Assembly: GCF_009914755.1 (NCBI RefSeq)
Contig: NC_060929.1
Reading direction: 5' to 3' (one strand)
Length of the DNA stretch: 64,000 nucleotides
Source of the DNA: the human T2T-CHM13v2.0 reference genome, Homo sapiens
Shown one piece after another: positions 1 to 12,032 of the stretch. Every line of letters starts with the position of its first letter. The first letter of the stretch is position 1. The notes below the pieces were generated by a model. It was not told the DNA's origin, searched no databases, and saw nothing but the letters and a program-made list of their open reading frames with translations. Both the position numbers and the translations under genes were made by a program.

Positions 1-528
1 CCCGGATTCTGCTCAAGAATATTTGTCCCCAGTGAAAATTATTACAAATTTCAGTTGGAAGCTTTTCAACCTGTGACCTCTCCCTAGTTCTGCTGGCTGT
101 CTACCCCATGGGCCCTTGTGTAATATAGTCAGGAATAGCTTCCCTGGGCTAGAGCTGAAAACTGGGAGCGCTCTTCCTGCTGCTGCTTCTACCTTTATAT
201 TTTGCATGGCTCCCTAAAAATCTGTTTCAGCTCCAGGTAAGGTTAAATTCTTCCCCTGTAATCTAGATTTTTAGATTCCCCAGTGGGGATGTGTGTTCTG
301 GGGCAGGTTTTCCTCCTCTCATACTTTGGGAACTTACAGTTTTTCACCTGTCTTGTTGAATTTGCAGCAGCATACCACTTCTTTCAAAGGATCTATGAAT
401 TCCTTTGGTTTCCTGGTACATTCTGTGGTTGTTCTTGCAGCAAAATGTCATAATGTGATTCTTCACATGCTGGTCTGTCCATCTAAGTGGGAGCTGCGCG
501 TTAGCTTTGTCTCCTATCTGCCATCTTC
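1..528 (-). mobile_element. Old LINE-1 5'UTR segment (L1M/L1PB-age), continues beyond the window start
   Basis: Ends in ctcctatctgccatctt, the reverse complement of the AAGATGGC-type L1 5' terminus. Composition resembles an L1 5'UTR. Confidence 0.6.
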
Positions 529-1529
529 CTACAGTATCTGATCCCTTCTTTTTTGTTAGATTTATAAATCTTATATTTAGAACAGGTAGAACTCAGGGCT
601 ATTACATATTCATACATGTAAAGATATATGTGACTACCTTTCCTGGTTGTGTAGACATTCAAAAATGTGCAATGAGGCAGAGGGGGAAATCACACTTGTT
701 TAGGTAATTTAGGTTCCTAAAGCAGCTTTGCTATATAACTCAGTTGAAAGCAATGTGCTGACTTGGCCTATCCATGTAATTGCTCTATTTCCTTTTTTCT
801 TATTGTGCTGTTAGTCCTAAACAAAATGGTTTTGATTGTCATGAAGACTATTATAAAAACACAAATAGTACAATAGCTCATTATGTGTGCCAAAATTTTG
901 TGTTCTACTCAGCAAATTTCTTACAAGGTTGGTTTATCTGTTCAGGGGAATCTGAGTGATTGAGAATTTTTATTGATATTGCATCTAATTTAGGCATTCC
1001 ATGGAGTGTTTGGGATAGCTATTCTGTTTTTGTCACTTACCAATCCTGTAGGGTGTTGTAGGGATTCATGCTGATTGACACTTACTCATGTAAACGTGGG
1101 TTGTGGTGAAAAGCACTGACTTTGGCCTCTGACCCACAGAGCTGAATCTGTCATTTGTAGTGGATTACTTAATTTTAAGCTTTAGTTTAATCATATAAAA
1201 TGCTTTACCTGAAACAAATTTGAGAGTACATCCTAAATAAGGTTAATTTTATAATTAAGTAAGGGAATATACATGACTACCTTTAGGGCTGTAACAGTTT
1301 TCTTTTTTCTTCTTTACTTTTCCTGCTTTCTTATTTTTGGAAGTATTAATACACATATTTTTAGTATAAATTTTTTATTACTAGTAGGCATGGGCATCTA
1401 CCTAGTGTAGTTGTAATTCCTGTGATTGAAATATCTGTGCAATTTTCCAGCACCTATGAATAATAATAATAATTAGATTGTACTATCTTCTTTCTCAAAT
1501 GGCGTATGAACAAATTTCCTGTGAAACAA

Positions 1530-1750
1530 CATGATGTGTAAGAAAGAGCACTGAACTTGGGGGCAGCATACATCATGACCTACATGCTGAGTGACAAAGG
1601 GCAAATCATAACACATCACACAGGCCCAGTTTTCTTATATATGAAATAAGAACAAAAATACCTGCTATACATCACACAGGGAGGAGTTTTGAGGATTAAG
1701 AAATATATGTGAAGCTGTATGGTAACATCAAAGCCACAGCACAGATATAA
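1530..1750 (+). mobile_element. MIR SINE, degraded
   Basis: MIR core-like text: aagagcactgaacttgg...cccagttttcttatatatgaaataagaacaaaaatacctgct...gaggattaa. Confidence 0.55.
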
Positions 1751-1880
1751 TGACAATTGAATAAAAATGGGATAGTCTCTCAAATCTTCCTACAATCAAA
1801 AAACATGACATGCTATATTATTCTCAGAAAATTTCTTCTCCTTTGAAAAGTTATTCAGTTCATATTTGGTAACAGAGAAT

Positions 1881-2140
1881 CTTTCTTTTTTCTTCAGCTT
1901 AATTTCTGAGATATATGTGCAGGATGTGTGGGTTTGTTACAGACGTAAATGTGTGCCATTGTGGTTTGCTGCACAGATCAACCCATCACCTAGGTGTTAA
2001 GCTCAGCATTCATTTTCATTTCTTACTGATGGTCTCCCTCCCCTTCTCCATCCCAGCAGGCCCAGTGTGTTTTGTTCCCCCACACTGATGAGCTGTTCTC
2101 ATCGTTCAGCTCCTACTTATAAGTGAGAACATGCAGTGTG
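1881..2140 (-). mobile_element. 5'-truncated L1PA (older primate) 3' end
   Basis: gtgcaggatgtgtgggtttgttac...ctcctacttataagtgagaacatgcagtgt is the reverse of the L1 3'UTR. Possible degenerate TSD taacagagaatc / tagcagagagta. Confidence 0.8.
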
Positions 2141-2544
2141 ATAGCAGAGAGTATTTTACCAATTGACAAATATTACTGCTGACAAAAAAAACCCCCAGAA
2201 AGCTGATAAACAATAAGAAGAAAATAAAAATCACTGACAATACCATTAATCTGGCATAAACACTATTAAAATGTCTATATATATATTAAAATTTTCTTTT
2301 TCAGAAATGTGTTCTATGTTAATTTTTTCACTAAACCACTGATTATAAACATTTTTTCCTTGTGACAATGTATCCATCTCTAACCTCATCTAATAGTTGC
2401 ATAGTGTTTCCTTGAATAGATATATCATAATTGATATTACTAAATATTCATTATAATTATGTTTGCAGTTTTTCAGAATGATAAATAATGCTATGATGGA
2501 CATTCTTAGCTAAATCATTATGTCTGCTTAAAATTATTTTTTAT

Positions 2545-2875
2545 AAAATGAGATCATGTCCTTTGCAGCAACATGAATAGAGCTGGAGGCCCGTATCCTA
2601 AGTGAGCTAACACAGGGACACAAAACCAAATACTGCATGTTCTCACATATAAGTGGGAGCTAATGAGTACACATGGACACAAAGAAAATAACAGATCCCA
2701 GAGCCTACTTGAAGGTGAAGGGTAGGGGGAGGGATAGGACTGAAAAACTACCTATTGGGTACTATGCTTATTACCTGGGTGACAAAATAAGTTGTCACCA
2801 AACCCTCGCAACATGGAATTTACCTGTATAACAAACATGTACATGTAACTTTGAACCTAAAATAAAAGTTAAAAT
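2545..2875 (+). mobile_element. 5'-truncated L1PA16/L1PB-like 3' end
   Basis: aatgagatcatgtcctttgcagcaacatg...gaacctaaaataaaagttaaaa. Flanked by aattattttt(t)at, a probable TSD. Confidence 0.85.
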
Positions 2876-3507
2876 AATTATTTTTATGATAACAATTTGG
2901 AAATTGAATTGCTGGGGGAAAGCATATGCATATGAGTAAGGCTTTTGATAAACAAAGCCACATTGCCTTCTAGAACAAACGTGTATGTACTGAAGATTTA
3001 CATTTACTGAAGATTTTCCGTAAATTTTGTTGGAATTTTTGCTCTTGATCCCATTTTTAAACAGCATATGTTGCCTCATGAAAAAGTTCTAAGAAGACAG
3101 AAAAAAATGTGTCATGCCAGAGCCTGGGAGTACTAAAAGCTTAAACTCTGATATAGTTTTAAAAAATATGGAAGAATGCATTATTTGTAAAGAATATTTC
3201 TATGACTCCTATAAAGTGTATGGATTCCTGGTCTGATGAGACAATAATTGGGAGGAAATCCACTGTTAGATGTTTATGAGTGTCCCTGAGAGAAGAACCC
3301 TCTTTCTTGTCCTCTTTGCATCTATGCTGGATAAACCCAGGCTGGGTGAACAGGTAACAGAAATGTCAGGTAGATTGGGGGAGTCAGATGTAAAGGCTCA
3401 TGTGCCTCACTTCCCATTTGGAAATTAAATGATTTTCTGATTCATGAGTCAATTTGTCATATTTCCTTTTTCACTTTTAAAAATGTATTTTGTCCCAATT
3501 TCATATT

Positions 3508-4262
3508 GGCACAACCACTATGGGGAACAGTTTGGAGGCTCCTCAAAAAAAAAAACTACAAATAGTGCTACCATACTCTAGCAATCCCACTGCTGGGCAT
3601 ATATCCAAAAGAAAGGAAATCAGTGTATCAAAGACATATCTGCAGTCCCATGTTTGTTGCAGCACTGTTCACAATAGCCAAGATTTGGAGGCAACCTAAG
3701 TGTCCATCAACAGATAAATGAATAAAGAAAATGTGGTACATATACAGAATGGGGTACTATTCAGTCATCGAAAAGAATGATATCCTGTCATTTCCAACAT
3801 CATGAATGGAACTGGAGGTAATTATATTAAGTGAAACAAGCCAGGCACAGAAAGACAAACATCACATGTTCTCACTTTTTCGTGGGATCTGAAAATGAAA
3901 ACAACTGAACTCATGGAGATAGAGAGTAGAAGGATAGTTAGCAGAGGTTGGGAAGGGTACTGGGGTTGGAGAAGTGAAGATTGTTAGTGGGTACAAAAAA
4001 CATTGTTAGAAAGAATGAATAAGAACTAGTATTTAATAGCACAACGGGGTGACAATAGTCAATAATAATTTAATTGTACATTTCAAAATAACTAAAAGAG
4101 TGTAATTTGATTGTTTGCAACACAAATAATAAATGCTTCAGGGGATGAATATACTCTTTTCCATGGATGTGATTATTACACATTGCATGCCTGTATCAAT
4201 ATATGTCATATATCCCATAACTATACCTACTATGTACCTACAAAAATTAAAAATTCAAAAAA
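3508..4262 (+). mobile_element. L1MA-type ORF2 end and 3'UTR
   Basis: acaaccactatggggaacagtttggagg...ccaagatttggaggcaacctaagtgtccatc...tgtacctacaaaaattaaaaatt. Confidence 0.85.
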
Positions 4263-5325
4263 TCTGCACTGCTTTATTACTCTGTTTTGATGCTGTTTTG
4301 CATTGTTTACTACTCTAAAGGGCTAAATGGGCAGAGCCACATAATTTTTATTTATTCTAAGTGCCCAACAGGGGACCTGAAACATGGTAGTTACTGAATG
4401 CATATTTATTGAATAAATGTAAGAAATAACATGAAGTGAAAAATCAAGAAGAATGTTAGATAGATAGATACATCTTGAAGGAGATACTCGAAAACATAAT
4501 GGCTATTTTTTCTGCATGGTTAACAGTGACAATAATTTTAATTTACTTTTATTTTTGCTGATTTGCATTTTCATATTTTCTACAATGGGAATTTATTACT
4601 TATTCTTTTCTTCTCTAAATATATATGTGTAAAAATGTCAATAGTGAAAGAAAAGAGCCTATAGTGCACTATCGCCTATCCAGGAGAGCTGATTTCTTAC
4701 TGTAACATAAGAATTAAATGACTCTGAAAAAGCAATTGTTTGTGAGCTTCACTAACTAAAAGTGTTTGTGGTTGAAGAAATTTATAGGACAGCTATGACA
4801 AACGTAAGTTTATGAAATTAAAAGCCATTGATGCATAACATTTTCTTTGGGTATCCTATCAAGAATTCATTTACAAAAATAATAAAGTGAAAACTCAGCA
4901 AGGAAGGGTGATATATTTCAATGTTAGCCAGGCTTTAGTTGAGATCTTTCCATTTTTGTTTAGTGACAAGAGGAACAAAATGTGTTCTACTGAAAGAGAA
5001 ACACTTGCGTACCAGTAGTTCTAATAGTAGAGTAATTGTAGGAAAAGAAGAGGAAGATGAAGAATAACATAGAATGGGCATATGTCCAGGAAAATGCTTA
5101 AAATAAAATTATTTCCTGAGGAATGAGGTTCCAAAGTCTTCTGTTCCCACAAAGCAGTCCGGCCTAAATTTTATTTGTTATGCTTACATGAGACCCTTCT
5201 TAAAGTAAATACATGTTACCTTGGAATAATAGGAGAAAAATGACATGGTGCAAAAGTGCCTGTTAAATAGTTAGAAACTCAGTGAGGCTATTCAGAGAAG
5301 GAAGGCCCTCACTGAAATGATTTTT

Positions 5326-5384
5326 ATTTTATTTTATTTTATTATTATTATACTTTAAGTTTTAGGGCACATGTGCACAATACC
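5326..5384 (-). mobile_element. Ultra-short L1PA 3' terminus with 14-bp TSD
   Basis: Reverse strand reads ttgtgcacatgtgccctaaaacttaaagtataataataataaaataaaat. TSD ctgaaatgattttt at 5312-5325 and 5385-5398. Confidence 0.85.
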
Positions 5385-5469
5385 CTGAAATGATTTTTTT
5401 TAAGGTACGCATGATTGCAAAAGACATTGTCGGAGTTGGAGCTACTGAAGAAGGTTTGTAGGGGTTTTT

Positions 5470-5985
5470 ACTTCCTTTTGGTACTATTGTAAATGGAATT
5501 GCTTTCTTAGTTTTCTTGCCTGATACTTTACTGTTACTGAATAGAAAAGCAATGAATTTTTGTATGTTAATTTTGTATCCTGCAAGTTTACTAATTTATT
5601 AGTTCTAACAGTTTTTAGTGAAATTCTTAGAAATTTCTATGTGTAAGAGTATGTCTGCAAATGAAAATACTTTAATTCTTCATTTTTTATTTGTATGCTT
5701 TTCATTTCTTTTCTTTTTGTATTGCTCTGGCTAGGAATTTTAGTACTATGTTGAATCAAAGCTGTAAGAGTTGTGTTCTTGATTTTAGAGGAATGGTTTT
5801 CAGTTTTTCACCAGTGAGTATGATATTAGATGTGTTCTTTTCATACATGGCCTTAGTGAGTTGACATTTATTTTTTCTATTCCTAGTTTGTTGAGTTTTT
5901 ACCATGAAAGATGCTGAATTTTGTCAAATGTTTTTTCCTGAATTTTAAAGACAATAAATAGATTTTAGTTTATTTTTGTCTTTTT
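5470..5985 (-). mobile_element. Old L1M ORF2 fragment, left part of the host L1 that resumes at about 10645
   Basis: T-rich antisense ORF2 text: attgtaaatggaattgctttc...gtactatgttgaat...ttttgtcaaatg. Confidence 0.75.
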
Positions 5986-6756
5986 TTCCAAGATGGTGGG
6001 TTAGAGATTTTAATGTGCTTCGGCCACTTGGAAATAACAAGATAGTGCATAGAGATACATTCTGTGAGCTTTAATTCAAGAAGTATAATGGGAATCTACT
6101 GGAATTGTGAAGGACACACCAGATCCTGAGGATGAGAATGCGGGGAAACAGCCCCCATAACAGCATCTGGCTGATAAAAGTGAGTGAAGCCCCAGTACAT
6201 AAGAAAGGCAGAGGGATTTCCTCTGTAACTCCCCTTTCCACCAGGGATCTGGGGAACCCAGGCTAAGGGACAGCACTTTTTTTCTGCAAAGTTCTGGAAC
6301 TAACTTGGGGACAAGCTTGGGGACACTTAGAGGAAAAGGCACCAGTAAAACTGCAGGCATTTTCCCAGACCTGAGACCAAGAACAGAATGCCATTTTTAA
6401 TCTGAGCACATACAAAGTAACTTATTCGTCAGTTAACTGGAAGTGTGGCTATGCAGGTATTTTAGTCTCAGACCAGATGTTTGAATACCTTTTCTTGAAT
6501 GGGGTAGGGACCTCCACAGCCAGAATTCTGAAAAGTACCTCAGCAGTAGGCACTGGAATTATGCTGTCCACCTGCTGCAGGACTGGGGCAGGAAGAGAGC
6601 TGCTACAGCTATGGTTTCTCCTGGGTAACAAGACTGGTAACCAGAGCCAGTTGACAAGCTGGAACTGGCCTTTGTGTGTCACTGCTGGGTGCCTCAGCCT
6701 GCAACTCTGAGATTGTGGTGCAGGGAACCCTTTCTGCCTCAATCCAGGTCAGAACT

Positions 6757-7300
6757 CCAGGCATTCAGAGCATTCGCTTTCATGGACCAGCAGCCTGAGC
6801 CACCCCACCCTTCTTGTGCATAGATCATGGTGCAGTGGGGCCCTCTTCATGTCATGCCCAGGATAGATCCAGGCATTCAGAGCACCTGCTTGCTTGGTTT
6901 GGCAGCCTGAGTTGTCCCATCCTTCCTAGGTATATAGATGATGGTGCAGTGGGACCCGCTGCACTGCAAAACTAGGCTGACGTCCCGGCATTTGGAACAC
7001 CTGCTTGCCTGGTTCAGCAGCCTGAATTACCCCAACCCCCTGTTCAGAGATCCTGGTGCAAGAGGGCCCTCTCCACTCCATGCCCAGGCATATCTCTAGG
7101 AATATGGTGCACCCATTTACATAGATCAGCAGCTTGAACCACCCATCCCAACCTGTGCAGAGACCATGGTGAATCTGGCTGGACATGGGGCGGAGAAGGC
7201 TCTGCTTCACCGTGGTTCATCCTGTGCAGAGATTGTGGTGTGGCGGGGTCCTGTATACTCTATGCCCAGGCAGATCTTCAGGCATCTAGAGTATCCACTC
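6757..7300 (+). repeat. About 113-bp diverged tandem repeat array inside the L1 5'UTR (about 5 units)
   Basis: Units begin ccaggcattcagagc-like at about 6757, 6870, 6985, 7097 and 7279. Most carry gcagcctga...tgtgcagagat..tggtg...atgcccagg. Confidence 0.8.
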
Positions 7301-7752
7301 TACTGGATTAGGCCACGGACCTACTCCCCATGCAGAGAACTTGGACCCAAGGATGACCCAACTCAATGCTTTGTCACACTTCTGAGTGCTTGGTGGCTGC
7401 CTACTGGATTCACCCTTGGCACTGGTTTTTGTGTCTGCCAAAAGGTTACCTGTGGGTAGCTCAGCCTGGTCTGTTCCCACCCATTTGGCCTTGATTCCCT
7501 GAGGCTTAGTAGGAATATCTGACCACTATGCACTCCACAGATCAGCCCATTGCCTGAGATAACAGAGAGCTTCTCCCAGTAAACAAGGATCAATTATATA
7601 CCCAGCCATGTTGGTTGCAGCTGGCTTACCCATAAGTGCCATATACTGGCAAACAGGTTGAACTACACAGCCCAATATAAAACCTGCCAATAGAAGTGCA
7701 TAGGGCTATGAAAGCAGAGCCAAAAACCCCTAACCAACATTCTCTACAGTCA

Positions 7753-8160
<408 letters not shown>

Positions 8161-8377
8161 TTACAAAAATTAGAAGTGCCAGTGTCCCACGATAAAGAAC
8201 CAGAGCAATAATTGTGGCACCATGAAAAATTTAAATGTAATGATGCCACCAAAGGATCATAATAGCTCTCTAGCAATGGAACCTTACCAAAATGGAAACT
8301 CAGAAATGACAGATAAAGATTTCAAAGAATGAATTGCAAGAAAGCTCAACAAGATCCAAGACAAGATTAAAAATGGA

Positions 8378-10112
8378 CTATTGTGAATGGTGTTGCAACG
8401 AATATTTGTGTGCATGTGTCTTTATGATAAAATGCTTTATATTCCTCTGGGTACATATACCCAGAAATGGGATTACTGGGTCTAATGGTAGTTCTGCTTT
8501 TAGCTCTTTGAGGAATCGCCATACTGCTTTCCACATGGTTGAACTGATCTACAGTCCCACCAACAGTGTATAAATGTTCCCTTTTCTCTGCAACTTTGCC
8601 AGCATCTGTTATTTTTTGACTTTTAATAATAGCCATTCATTTTTAAATTTTATTTTTGCTTTTTTTAGTAATAGCCATATCATTGATGTGTTATGATCTC
8701 ACAACAAATTAAACCAGATTAAAACCAAATTAAAACCAGATTGTTTTGATTTGCATTTCTCTCACAATCAGTGATATTGAGCTTTTTTTCATATATTTGT
8801 TGTCTGCATGTATATCTTTTTTTGAAAATGTCTGTTCATGTCTTTGCTCACTTTTTAATGGGCTTGTTGTTCTCTTGTAAATTTGCTTAAGTACCTTATA
8901 GGTGCTAGATATTGGACCTTTGTCAGATGCATAGTTTGCAAAAACTTTCTCCCATTCTGTAGGTGGTCTGTTTACTCTGTTGATAAGTTTCTTTGCTGTG
9001 CAGAAGCTCTTAAGTTTGATTAGATGCCACTTGTCATTTTTGCTTTTATTGCAGTTGATTTTGTTTTCTTCATCATGAAATCTTTGCCCTTTCCTATGTC
9101 CAGGATAGTATTGCCTGGGTTGTCTTCCAGGGTTTTTATACTTTTTGGTTTTACATTTAAGTCTTTAATCCATTTTTAGTTTATTTTTGTGTATGGTGTA
9201 AGGAAGGGGTACAGGTTCAATCTTCTGCATATCGCTAGCCAGTTATCTGATTACCACTTATTGAATAGGAAGTCTTTTCCCCATTGCTTGTTTTTGTCAG
9301 CTTTGTTGAAGATCAGATGGTTGTTGATGTGTGACTTTATGTCTGGGCTCTCTATTCTGTTCCATAGGTCTATGTGCGTGTTTCTGTACCAGTATCATGC
9401 TGTTCTGGTTACTGTAGCTCTGTAGTATAGTTTGAAGTTGGGTAACATGATACTTCTAGCTTTGCTTTTTTGTTTAGGATTTCCTTGGATATTCAGGCTC
9501 TTTTTTGGTTCTATATGAATTTTTAAATAGTTTTTTTCTGGTTCTGTGAAAAATGCCAATGATAATTTGATAGGAATAGCATTAAATCTATGAATTGCTT
9601 TGGCTATTTTAGTATGGCCATTAAATTATGGCCATTTTAATGATATTGATTCTTCCTATCCATGAGCATGGGATGTTTTTCCATTTGTTTGTGTCATCTC
9701 TGATTTCTTTGAGCAGTGTTTTGTAATTCTCATTGTAGAGGTCTTTCACCTTCCTGGTTAGCGGTATTCCTAGGTATTTTATTCTTTTTGTGGAAATTGT
9801 GAATAAGATTGCATTCCTGATCTGGCTCTTGGCTTGGCTATTCTTGGTGTACAGAAATGCTAGTGATTTTTGAACACTGATTTTGTATCCTGAAATTTTG
9901 CTCGTTTATAGCTGGAAGAGCGTTTTGGGCTGATAATATGGGGTTTTCTAGATGTAGACTCATGTCATCTGCAAGGGGGATATTTTGACTTCCTCTCCTC
10001 CTATTTGAAGGCTGTTTATTTCTTTCTCTTGCCGGATTGGCTAGAATTCCAGTCCTATGTTGAATAAGAGTGGTGAGAGAGGGCATTTTGTCTTGTACCG
10101 GTTTTCAAAGGG
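8378..10112 (-). mobile_element. Inverted ORF2 segment of a twin-primed older L1PA (L1PA13-16-like)
   Basis: Antisense ORF2 3' half. ORFs 8367-8636 and 9838-10086 are decayed ORF2 pieces. Joins the sense 3' end at ggaat microhomology near 10111-10115. Confidence 0.85.
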
Positions 10113-10468
10113 AATATTATGCAGTCATAAAAACAATGAGATCATGTCTTCTGTTGGGCAGAGATGGAGCTGGAGGCCATTATTCTTAGCAAATGAATGC
10201 AGGAACAGAAAACCAAATACATCATGTTCTCACTTATAAGTGGGAGCTAAATGATGAGAACTCATGAACACAATGAAGGGAACAACAGACACTGGGGCCT
10301 GCTTCAGGATGGAGAGTGGCAGGAGAAAGAGAAACAGAAGAAACAAGGTACTAGGTTTAGTATCTGTGATGAGATAATCTGTACAGCAAAAGCCCATGAC
10401 ATAATTTTACCTATATAACAAGCCTGCACATGTACCCCCAAACCTAAAATAAAAGTTAAAAAAAGAAA
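10111..10468 (+). mobile_element. Non-inverted 3' end and A-tail of the same L1
   Basis: ggaatattatgcagtcataaaaacaatgagatcatgtc...aacctaaaataaaagttaaaaaaag. Confidence 0.85.
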
Positions 10469-11596
10469 ATCTAAATCTACCTGATTACAGAAAATGTGCA
10501 ATTAAGTATGCAATTATGCTTCTTCTGGGAGACAGTACCTTGTAAGGCTTGGTATCTCTTTTGAAGTACGCTGAATATTCTCTAAATTCATAAATTGTTT
10601 CAAAGACATTAATAAACAGCCTGAAAATTAAAAAATGGAGTTTTAATCATTTTTATGTTAATGTGCTAGATCACATTATCAATTATTATATTATGTAATA
10701 TTAATATATTGATTATATATTGAGCAATTGATTATTATTATCCTTCCATGCCATGGATAAATCCAGTTGGTTGTGATGTATTATCCTTTTAATGTGCTGT
10801 TGCATTCATTTTGTTGTTAAGGATTTTTGCATCTTTATTCATTAAACTTATTGGCCTATAGCTTTTTTTTGTGGTATCTTTGACTTTGTTACAGGATATT
10901 ATGCTGGTTTTGTAAAATGTGTTTGGAAGTGTTTCTGCTTCTTCATTTTTTTTTAAAGAATTTACGGTGAATTAGCATTAATTCTTCCAAAAGTATTTGT
11001 TGAATTCACCAGTGGAACCACCTGATTTCTGGCTTTTCTTTGTTGCAAGACTTTGATTACTGATTCAATCTCTATGATAGTTATTGCTCCATTAAAATAC
11101 TGTCTTTTTCTTCATGAGTCAGTCTTGGCAGGTTGTATGTTTCTAGGAATTCACTCATTTCTTTCAGGTTATCTAATTTGTTTGAGTATAATTGTTTATA
11201 GTAGTCTTTTATGATCTTTTGTATTTCTATGCATCAGTTGTAATGTCTCTTCTTTCATTTCTGATTTTCTTTATTTAAATCTTCTGTCTTTTCTTTATTT
11301 GTCTGGCTAAGATTTGTAAATTTTTAGGATCTTTTCAAAATATCAACTCTTAGTTTTGTTGATTTTTCTATGGCTTTTCTATTTGTTACTTCATTTATTT
11401 CTGATCTAATCTTTGTTATTTCCTTCTTTCTGCTAACTTTGAGCTTACTTTGTACCTATTTTTCTAGTCCTTTGAGATACAAAGATAAGTCATTTATTTC
11501 AAATTTTTCTTATTTTTCAATGTAGGTATTTACTGCTATATATTTCCTTCTCAGTACTGCTTTCGCTTCATCCCGTGAATTTTGGTATGTTTGAGG

Positions 11597-11597
<1 letters not shown>

Positions 11598-11646
<49 letters not shown>
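11598..11646. repeat. (TG)~24 microsatellite
   Basis: Uninterrupted tg run. Confidence 0.98.
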
Positions 11647-11648
<2 letters not shown>

Positions 11649-11784
11649 AATTTGTCTTTAGGTATTTTTAATTTTTTAAATTTTTTTTGTTTTTTTCTTT
11701 GACCCAATGGTTATTGATGAGTGTATTGTTTAATTTGCACATATTTGTGATTCTCCAGTTTTCCTTCCACTATAAATTTCTAGC

Positions 11785-12032
11785 TTTTTTTTTTTTTTTT
11801 TGAGACAGAGTTTCTTCCTGTCACCCAGGCTGGAGTGCAATGGTGCAATCTAGGCTCACTGCAACATGTGCTTCCCAGGTTCAAGGAATTTCTGGCTAAT
11901 TTTTGTATTTTTAGTAGTGGTGGGGTTCCACCATGTTGGCCAGGCTGGTCTCGAACTCCTGACCTTAAGTGATCTGCCTGCCTTGGCCTCCCAAACTGCT
12001 GGGATTACAGACATGAGCCACCTCACCCAGCC
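11785..12032 (-). mobile_element. AluS with internal deletion in the right arm
   Basis: Poly-T, then tgagacagag...ttcaaggaatttctggctaatttt. About 55 nt of consensus are missing. TSD aatttctag. Confidence 0.9.

Noticed and set aside
6757-7300. Repeat array as CRISPR-like or a novel VNTR system
   Set aside because: The units are diverged and contiguous with no unique spacers, and they lie inside an L1 5'UTR, where such arrays are known.
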